A stretch of 64,000 bases of DNA from Minisyncoccia bacterium. GTDB lineage: Bacteria > Patescibacteriota > Minisyncoccia > Phycocordibacterales > UBA918. Made by a program: the position numbers and the translations under genes. Below the pieces are notes generated by a model, which did no database searches, was not told where the DNA came from, and saw only the letters and a list, made by a program, of their open reading frames with translations. Location: contig JBLIOC010000001.1 of assembly GCA_047639355.1 (NCBI GenBank), positions 3,215 through 67,214 of the forward strand, written 5' to 3'. Positions 57,611 through 64,000 of this stretch are shown here, one piece after another. Numbering within the stretch: position 1 is the stretch's first letter; the number at the start of each line of letters is the position of its first letter.

Positions 57611-57645
57611 TAACCCCATATAATATTGGGGTTATTTTATTTTGA
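57611..57645 (+). terminator. Rho-independent terminator after rpsI
   Basis: AACCCCA-tataatat-TGGGGTT followed by ATTTTATTTT. Confidence 0.7.
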
Positions 57646-57670
57646 CATTATCCGTTTATAGCTTTATAAT
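57642..57670 (+). promoter_or_regulatory. Consensus sigma-70 promoter for grpE-dnaK-dnaJ
   Basis: Perfect TTGACA, a 17-nt spacer, perfect TATAAT. The -10 ends 9 nt before the grpE start, so the transcript would be nearly leaderless. No CIRCE inverted repeat was seen. Confidence 0.55.
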
Positions 57671-57679
57671 ACGATCCCT

Positions 57680-58282
57680 ATGGTGAATATGAACAACGAT
57701 CAGGCTGACACAGAGTTAGATGTCACCAAACACGAAGATTTGGAAATAGATGAAACTGAAGTAGTGGACATCGAAGAGAACAGTGGTGCCAAGCTTAAAA
57801 AAATGCGTGAGAAGTTGGCTCGCTGTGAAGAAGAAAAGAAACAGATTCTGGACGAATCTCAGAGAACACGCGCTGACTTTTTAAATGCTCGTAAGAGACT
57901 TGAGGAGGAGAGGACTAGAGATAGAGCCAGGCACCAGCAGCAACACATAATGGAATTACTACCACTTTGTGATAGCTTCCAAATGGCTATGAACAATACT
58001 GAGGCTTGGGAGAAGGCTGACAAAGCCTGGCGAACTGGCGTGGAAGGAATCAGTACACAGCTATTAAACATTCTAGAATCATATGGTGTCAAAGCTGTAG
58101 ACCCTCAGGGGGAACACTTTAATCCACATCGTGATGAAGCCATAGGAACCGAAGATGTTGATGACAAAAAATTTGTTGATACCGTTGTCACGGTTATACA
58201 GCGAGGGTACGAGATGAAAACAACCGACTCTTCAGAAATTATCCGTCACGCACGTGTCACAACTGGAAAATTGAAAGAATAA
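57680..58282 (+). CDS. grpE: Nucleotide exchange factor GrpE
   Basis: Long coiled-coil N-terminus and a C-terminal beta-domain. It sits in a grpE-dnaK-dnaJ operon. Confidence 0.88.
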   Translation: MVNMNNDQADTELDVTKHEDLEIDETEVVDIEENSGAKLKKMREKLARCEEEKKQILDESQRTRADFLNARKRLEEERTRDRARHQQQHIMELLPLCDSFQMAMNNTEAWEKADKAWRTGVEGISTQLLNILESYGVKAVDPQGEHFNPHRDEAIGTEDVDDKKFVDTVVTVIQRGYEMKTTDSSEIIRHARVTTGKLKE

Positions 58283-58304
58283 ATTTGAAAATTAATAAAT
58301 CACT

Positions 58305-60215
58305 ATGGCAAAAATAATTGGAATTGACTTAGGAACAACTAACTGTGCCGTGGCCATCATCGAAGCTGGTGAACCTGTCATTATAGAAAATAGTGAAGGT
58401 ACGCGAACCACACCTTCAGTTGTAGCTATTTCAAAAACTAACGAAAGACTAGTCGGACAAATTGCAAAAAGACAAGCTGTTACCAACCCAACAAATACCA
58501 TTTATGGTATTAAGCGCTTCATGGGTCATAATTTTGAAGATGAAGTAGTACAAAAGGACAAAGATATTGTTCCGTATATAATCAAAAAGGGGACAGATGG
58601 TGGCGTTGTTGTAGTTTTAGATGATAAAGATTATCGCCCGGAAGAAATTTCTGCGATGATTTTGAGCAAGATTAAGACTGATGTTGAAGCGAAGCTTGGT
58701 GAAAGAATCACAGAGGCTGTTATTACTGTGCCAGCATACTTTGACGATTCCCAACGAAAAGCTACTCAGGACGCAGGAAAAATTGCTGGACTTGAGGTTA
58801 AGCGAATTATTAATGAACCCACGGCAGCAGCTTTAGCGTACGGTTTTAACAAAAAGAACGATGAGAAGATCGTAGTTTATGACTTTGGCGGAGGAACTTT
58901 TGACGTGACCGTACTTGAAGTTGGTGACGGTGTTGTGGAAGTTCAGTCAACTGATGGAAATGCGCACATGGGCGGGCGTGACATCGATCAGGGAATTGTT
59001 CGATTCTTGATTGAAGAATTCAAAAAATCATCTGGTGTCGATTTAGGTAAAGACAAGCTAGCTCTACAACGACTCGATGAGTCTGCCGAGAAGGCAAAGC
59101 TTGAACTATCGTCAACCCCAGAAACTAGCATCAACATTCCTTTTATTTCTCAAGGGTCAGATGGGCCACTACACATGGACGAAAAGCTTACACGTACTAA
59201 GCTTGAAGAAATTGCACACGAGTATGTTGATAAATCAATTGAAATAACCAAGCGTGCATTGGAAGCTTCTGGTTTTAAAAAAGAAGATATTGATGAAATT
59301 ATTCTAGTTGGTGGCCAGACAAGAATGCCAGCTATTCAAAACGCAGTAAAAGAACTGTTCGGCAAGGAACCAAACCGTACTATTAACCCAGATGAAGTTG
59401 TGGCTCTTGGTGCCGCTATCCAGGCTGGGATCTTTCAGGGAGACGTGCAAGACATAACTCTAGTAGATGTAATCCCACTCTCTTTAGGTATAGAGACAAT
59501 GGGAACCGTAAATACTAAAGTTATTGAAAAAAATACTCATATTCCAACTAAGAAACAACAGGTTTTCTCAACAGCAGCTGATAATCAAACTTCGACTGAA
59601 ATTCACATTGTCCAAGGAGAGCGGCCAATGGCAAACGACAATAAATCCCTTGGAAAATTTGTTCTCGACGGAATTCCCCCAGCTCCGCGTGGAGTCCCTC
59701 AGGTAGAAGTTACTTTTGATGTCGACAGTAACGGAGTACTAAACGTAACTGCTAAAGACAAATCTACTGGTAAAGAACAATCTATCCGAATAGAAGCTAA
59801 CTCTGGACTCACAGAAGAAGACATTGAACGTATGAAGAAAGAGGCGGAGGAGCACGCAGGGGAAGATGAAAAAAAGAAAGAACTTATTGAAGCTAAGAAC
59901 CAAGCTGAACAAATGGTTTACACAGCGGAAAAGTCTCTTAAGGATCATGAGAAGGAGGTCCCAGAAGACGTCAAGACTGAAATTAACGAGAAAATAAAAA
60001 ACGTTAATGAAGTTAAAGACAAAGACGACAGAGATGAAATTCAAAAAGTTGTGGAGGAGTTAACTACTTCACTACAAAAAATTGGTGAGATTATGCAAAA
60101 GGCAGCTGAGGAAGCTAAGAAAACAGGTGATGAAAATCCGGCTGAACAAAAAGAAGATGAGCCGGTCGTTCATGATGCTGAAGAATCCGAAAAAAAAGAC
60201 GTCGATAGCAAATAG
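58305..60215 (+). CDS. dnaK: Chaperone DnaK (Hsp70)
   Basis: [21 protein letters not shown] and [11 protein letters not shown] motifs. Confidence 0.97.
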   Translation: MAKIIGIDLGTTNCAVAIIEAGEPVIIENSEGTRTTPSVVAISKTNERLVGQIAKRQAVTNPTNTIYGIKRFMGHNFEDEVVQKDKDIVPYIIKKGTDGGVVVVLDDKDYRPEEISAMILSKIKTDVEAKLGERITEAVITVPAYFDDSQRKATQDAGKIAGLEVKRIINEPTAAALAYGFNKKNDEKIVVYDFGGGTFDVTVLEVGDGVVEVQSTDGNAHMGGRDIDQGIVRFLIEEFKKSSGVDLGKDKLALQRLDESAEKAKLELSSTPETSINIPFISQGSDGPLHMDEKLTRTKLEEIAHEYVDKSIEITKRALEASGFKKEDIDEIILVGGQTRMPAIQNAVKELFGKEPNRTINPDEVVALGAAIQAGIFQGDVQDITLVDVIPLSLGIETMGTVNTKVIEKNTHIPTKKQQVFSTAADNQTSTEIHIVQGERPMANDNKSLGKFVLDGIPPAPRGVPQVEVTFDVDSNGVLNVTAKDKSTGKEQSIRIEANSGLTEEDIERMKKEAEEHAGEDEKKKELIEAKNQAEQMVYTAEKSLKDHEKEVPEDVKTEINEKIKNVNEVKDKDDRDEIQKVVEELTTSLQKIGEIMQKAAEEAKKTGDENPAEQKEDEPVVHDAEESEKKDVDSK

Positions 60216-60292
60216 CTAAAACATCTTGACCAAGTTCTATTCGTAGACTCCTTACGCACTTGAGAAAGACAGCTTAATTATCAAATTCACTT

Positions 60293-61348
60293 ATGAAAGA
60301 CTATTACGAAATACTAGGCTTAGAGAAAGGTGTTCCAAAAGACGAGGTGAAAAAGGCTTTCCGTAAATTGGCTGCAAAGTATCATCCTGACAAGAAGACC
60401 GGTGACGAAGATAAATATAAAGAAATCACTGAGGCCTATGCTGTTCTTGGTGATGAAAAGAAAAAGGCTGAGTATGACACCTACGGACACTCCTTTAGTG
60501 GCGGAGGGCAGGGAGGCGGCGGGTTTAATTGGCAAGATTTTCAAGGTCAAGGCGGTGGACAGAGTTTTGAATTTGACCTCAACGATATATTTCAAAACTT
60601 TGGCTTTGGCGGCGAACGTCAGCAACCAGCTCGTGGCCGTGATGTTTCAATCGACATTAATCTTAAGTTTGATGAGTCAATTTTCGGAGTCACTCGTAAA
60701 GTTCTTATTACCAAAAATAATACCTGTAAAGAGTGCACTGGGAGCGGTGCTAAAAAAGGTACTAGTCTTGATACTTGCAATACATGTAACGGTCAGGGAA
60801 AAATTCGAGAAAACCGTCAAAGTGTCATGGGTAGTTTTTCTACAGTACGCGAATGTTCTACTTGTCGCGGAACTGGAAAAATTCCAAAGAATCGCTGTTC
60901 CACTTGTGTGGGTGCCGGTGTAGCCAGAACAGAAGAAGAAATTTCTATCAATGTTCCAGCCGGGATTCAAAATGGAGAAGTAATCCGTATGACAGGACAA
61001 GGCGAAGCGACACCAGGAGGTCAACCTGGTGACATGTACATAAAAGTCCATGTAGAATCTCATCAGACAATTAAACGTGAAGGTTCAACACTTACCACCA
61101 AGCTACCAATCAAACTCACTGACGCTCTTCTGGGAGCTACCTACACGGTTGAAACTCTTGACGAGACAGTTAATATTAAAATCCCTGCAGGAATAACTCA
61201 CGGGGAGCTAATTCGTATTAAAGAAAAAGGGGTCCCGGTTGAACGCGGCAGGGGGGACTTCATGGTAAAAATCTCTATTGAGACTCCAAAAAAACTATCA
61301 AAAAAGGCGCAAAAATTAGTGGAGGACCTACAGGGAGAAGGAATTTAG
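60293..61348 (+). CDS. dnaJ: Chaperone DnaJ
   Basis: J-domain with HPD (KYHPDK), G/F-rich linker and four CxxCxGxG zinc-finger repeats. Confidence 0.95.
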   Translation: MKDYYEILGLEKGVPKDEVKKAFRKLAAKYHPDKKTGDEDKYKEITEAYAVLGDEKKKAEYDTYGHSFSGGGQGGGGFNWQDFQGQGGGQSFEFDLNDIFQNFGFGGERQQPARGRDVSIDINLKFDESIFGVTRKVLITKNNTCKECTGSGAKKGTSLDTCNTCNGQGKIRENRQSVMGSFSTVRECSTCRGTGKIPKNRCSTCVGAGVARTEEEISINVPAGIQNGEVIRMTGQGEATPGGQPGDMYIKVHVESHQTIKREGSTLTTKLPIKLTDALLGATYTVETLDETVNIKIPAGITHGELIRIKEKGVPVERGRGDFMVKISIETPKKLSKKAQKLVEDLQGEGI

Positions 61349-61370
61349 CACAACCTCTAGAACTTTTTAG

Positions 61371-61411
61371 AAATAGCTCATTAGTAATCTGTTACAAATG
61401 AGCTATTTTTG
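61371..61411 (+). terminator. Rho-independent terminator after dnaJ
   Basis: 11-bp stem AATAGCTCATT / AATGAGCTATT followed by TTTTT. Confidence 0.75.
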
Positions 61412-61488
61412 TGATTGCCGTTCATAGTTATGTCAATACTTAACTATTTATAAGTCTGCGCACTTTAAAAGTTTGATACTATGGAAGT

Positions 61489-61905
61489 ATGCCTCAACAA
61501 TCTACGCGATTTGATTTTGAAAATAAGAAGATTCCACTGAGTAGTTTTGCTTTGCACGAACAGATAATCGAAGATAGGGGCAGCCAGTACTCGGTGAGTT
61601 TTGGGTTAGTAAAAGGAAGGGAAGACATCAAACTATTCATAAAGCAGCTAAAGAAAAACAAGAAATATGCTAAAGCCACCCACAATAGTTGGGCAGCAAG
61701 AATTTCAAACGAAGGTGCGATTTACGAAACTAAATCAGACGATGGTGAGACAGGCTCAGGGATGGTTATCTTAAGGATAATGCAAAAAGAAGAAGTGAGT
61801 GACTGTGTGATTTGCGTTACACGATGGTTCGGAGGAGTTAAACTAATGGGAGACAGATTCAAGCATGTCCAAGACGCCACCAAATATGCAATTGCACAGA
61901 TGTAA
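61489..61905 (+). CDS. IMPACT/YigZ-family (UPF0029) protein, N-terminal domain only
   Basis: Conserved ATHNSWAAR motif; 138 aa. Confidence 0.7.
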   Translation: MPQQSTRFDFENKKIPLSSFALHEQIIEDRGSQYSVSFGLVKGREDIKLFIKQLKKNKKYAKATHNSWAARISNEGAIYETKSDDGETGSGMVILRIMQKEEVSDCVICVTRWFGGVKLMGDRFKHVQDATKYAIAQM

Positions 61906-61941
61906 ACAAATTGTTTAAAGTATTGATTTTTTAATCGAAAG

Positions 61942-62445
61942 ATGCACTATAATAGATATATGGACTGGGGATACATATTAAACTTCTTATATGAAATTGC
62001 ATATCTACTTGGAGTCTTTGGATTTTTTTTGTTTTTTTCAATATTTAAAGGTAGGCAGGCAATAATAAATGTTACTGTTGGTTTGTATTTAGCCCTATTG
62101 ATTTCAATAGAATTTCCAGGTTACGATGTGATTTTTAGAAGTATAGAAAGTACAGCATCATTAGCTGCAGCAAAATTAACTTTTTTTGCTCTCATAACAC
62201 TCCTCACTACAATTCTTTGTTACCGAATCATGCCTGATGAATTTAGAGAAGAAAATTTTGAAAGCCTGGGTAAAAAATTACTACTAGCGGCTGGTGCTTC
62301 TATTCTAGTGATGACTTTTAGTTTCAACGTCCTTCCAGTGACAGAATTCCTCACCCCTGGCACTCCACTCCAATTAATCTTTGCTCCCGAAACCTACTAC
62401 TTCTGGTGGCTCCTAGTACCACTAGTAATTTTGTATGTTGTATAA
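61942..62445 (+). CDS. Hypothetical membrane protein
   Basis: 167 aa with 4 hydrophobic helices. Confidence 0.45.
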   Translation: MHYNRYMDWGYILNFLYEIAYLLGVFGFFLFFSIFKGRQAIINVTVGLYLALLISIEFPGYDVIFRSIESTASLAAAKLTFFALITLLTTILCYRIMPDEFREENFESLGKKLLLAAGASILVMTFSFNVLPVTEFLTPGTPLQLIFAPETYYFWWLLVPLVILYVV

Positions 62446-62574
62446 TGGAAGTATACCTATTTACACTTAGTGAATATAAATTGTAATTAAATCAATAATA
62501 TATCTCGGTATTGTTCAAAAGTAAATTTGTTATCGATATAATATGTTATAATATTCTAAATAATTTTTTTATAT

Positions 62575-62970
62575 ATGAAAACAGTACAATTCGGCTTGCA
62601 TTATATGCTTGATGGATACGGAGCATCTCGCGAGCTTCTTAAAGACAAAGATGCATTACTTAATATTCTAAAGACTTTACCTACTGAAATGGGGATGCAT
62701 ACTATTTGTGAACCAGTGGTAGTTGAAGTTGGTCCAAAAAACGATAAAGACCCAGGAGGGTTAAGCGGCTTTGTTTTGATTGCCGAGAGTCACATAAGTT
62801 TTCACACATTTCCAAATCGTGGTTTTGTCACAATTGACGTTTATACATGTCAAAATGAACTTGATACTGATAAATTGACGAAGAAATTTACTGAAGCTTT
62901 TCAACTTACAGAAGTTGACGAATCAGTTATGGCAAGGGGAACAAAGTACCCTATAGATAACATTTACTAA
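62575..62970 (+). CDS. speH: S-adenosylmethionine decarboxylase proenzyme (class 1B, SpeH type)
   Basis: LIAESHISFHTFPNRGFVTIDVYTC, including the self-cleavage ES dipeptide context. Confidence 0.8.
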   Translation: MKTVQFGLHYMLDGYGASRELLKDKDALLNILKTLPTEMGMHTICEPVVVEVGPKNDKDPGGLSGFVLIAESHISFHTFPNRGFVTIDVYTCQNELDTDKLTKKFTEAFQLTEVDESVMARGTKYPIDNIY

Positions 62971-62985
62971 TATTTAGTCACACTT

Positions 62986-64000
62986 ATGAAATTAAATAAA
63001 AAACAAAAAACGCAGAAGGCAGATTTGCTTTCGAGAGCAGTTGGTCATTTTGATATAAAAAAACACGATACGCGAGATATTGTAAAAGCAATGGCAAAGA
63101 TGTCCTTTTCTGCCCGTGATCTATCGCGAGCATGTGAAATATACGATTTAATGCTTCGAGATAACAACTCTGCCGTTATTCTTTCCCTAGCTGGTAGCAC
63201 TAGTGCTGCGGGATGTCTTGATGTTTACACTGAAATGGTAGAAAGCAATATGGTAGACGCTATTGTGGCAACAGGAGCTTCCATAATTGACATGGACTTT
63301 TTCGAAGCACTCGGCTTTAAGCATTATCAAGGTAGTTCTAAAGAGGACGATGCAAAACTTAGAGAGTTGTATATAGACCGAATTTATGACACCTACATTG
63401 ACGAAGTTGAACTACAAGAAGTAGATTTAACAATAAAGGAAATTGCTGATAGTCTAGAAAAACGACCTTACTCCTCACAAGAATTTATTTGGGAGATGGG
63501 TAAGTGGATGTCAAAAAATCCAAAAAGGGTTAAAAAATCTGGATCACTTATTGAATTAGCTTACAAATACAATGTACCTATTTTCTGTCCAGCATTCTCT
63601 GATTGTAGTGCCGGGTTTGGTCTAGTGGCACATCAGGTAGAGAATCCAGACTCGTACTTATCAATTGACTCTGTAAAAGATTTTCACGATTTAACAAAAA
63701 TAAAGCTAGATTCAGGTAACACTGGGGTAGTGTACATTGGAGGAGGGGTACCCAAAAACTTTACTAACGATATAGTTATATGTGCTGAAATCTTGGGTAC
63801 AAACGTACCAATGCACAAGTACACTATCCAATTAACCGTTGCGGACGAACGAGATGGTGCGCTGTCAGGATCAACCCTAAAAGAAGCTCATTCCTGGGGT
63901 AAGGTTGGTCTAACTTACGAGCAGATGGTGTTCTCAGAAGCAACGATTTCGCTTCCAATCTTAGCCGGACACGCTTATCATTCTGGAGGATGGAAACGAC
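62986..64000 (+). CDS. Deoxyhypusine synthase-like protein (DHS/homospermidine synthase family), 3'-truncated by the window edge
   Basis: NAD-binding Rossmann-like SLAGSTSAAG ... ATGASIIDMD and overall DHS-like order. The ORF runs off the end of the window. Confidence 0.6.
   Translation, partial: MKLNKKQKTQKADLLSRAVGHFDIKKHDTRDIVKAMAKMSFSARDLSRACEIYDLMLRDNNSAVILSLAGSTSAAGCLDVYTEMVESNMVDAIVATGASIIDMDFFEALGFKHYQGSSKEDDAKLRELYIDRIYDTYIDEVELQEVDLTIKEIADSLEKRPYSSQEFIWEMGKWMSKNPKRVKKSGSLIELAYKYNVPIFCPAFSDCSAGFGLVAHQVENPDSYLSIDSVKDFHDLTKIKLDSGNTGVVYIGGGVPKNFTNDIVICAEILGTNVPMHKYTIQLTVADERDGALSGSTLKEAHSWGKVGLTYEQMVFSEATISLPILAGHAYHSGGWKR

Noticed and set aside
57680-57700. CIRCE/HrcA operator upstream of grpE
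   Set aside because: No TTAGCACTC-N9-GAGTGCTAA-like inverted repeat lies between the promoter and the grpE start. The only inverted repeat nearby is the rpsI terminator.
60402-60923. 173-aa ORF in an alternate frame of dnaJ, and 60677-61063 on the minus strand
   Set aside because: They overlap the unambiguous DnaJ CDS (J-domain and zinc fingers) in other frames.

Overview
This 64 kb window looks like a low-GC, gene-dense bacterial chromosome segment with very short intergenic spacers and mostly weak or absent Shine-Dalgarno sequences. AlaRS and UvrC are truncated relative to canonical forms, and several proteins have unusual domain fusions. Taken together these features fit a reduced-genome, Patescibacteria/CPR-like organism; this is inference, not a database result.

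Core content, all on the + strand unless noted, comprises:
- uvrB, a two-component operon with an embedded giant Ca-binding surface protein, uvrA, and a compact uvrC.
- A tandem-repeat secreted protein, ddl, and tRNA-Ala(TGC).
- sppA, ychF, leuS, mltG, mnmA, an M16 peptidase pair, alaS, and an FtsA/PilM-like ATPase.
- The conserved infA-rpmJ-rpsM-rpsK-rpsD-rpoA-rplQ cluster, then rplM-rpsI.
- grpE-dnaK-dnaJ behind a perfect consensus sigma-70 promoter, then speH plus a partial deoxyhypusine-synthase-like gene at the window edge.

The most striking accessory region lies immediately downstream of tRNA-Ala (about 13.6 to 30.2 kb). It begins with two degenerate direct repeats of the tRNA 3' end and no integrase, which looks like an integration scar. 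These are followed by a copper/metal homeostasis island:
- a thioredoxin-like CxxC protein;
- a 1253-aa fusion of a CcdA/DsbD-type thiol-disulfide transmembrane domain with a multicopper oxidase and His/Met-rich repeats;
- a cupredoxin-like protein, a CopA P1B-ATPase and a CopZ chaperone;
- paralogous small membrane proteins and a HAD hydrolase;
- a convergently arranged RND pump with its membrane-fusion protein.

Other notable points:
- A bona fide NUDIX hydrolase domain is inserted in LeuS just after the CP1 editing domain.
- A stand-alone Cas4-like Fe-S PD-(D/E)XK nuclease occurs with no CRISPR array nearby.
- An ATP-cone plus Mrr-type endonuclease fusion sits beside an MGMT-like mini-protein and an alarmone-hydrolase-like HD protein.
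- One protein combines a sigma-70 region-4 HTH with a HARE-HTH.

No rRNA, CRISPR array, transposase or integrase was recognised.
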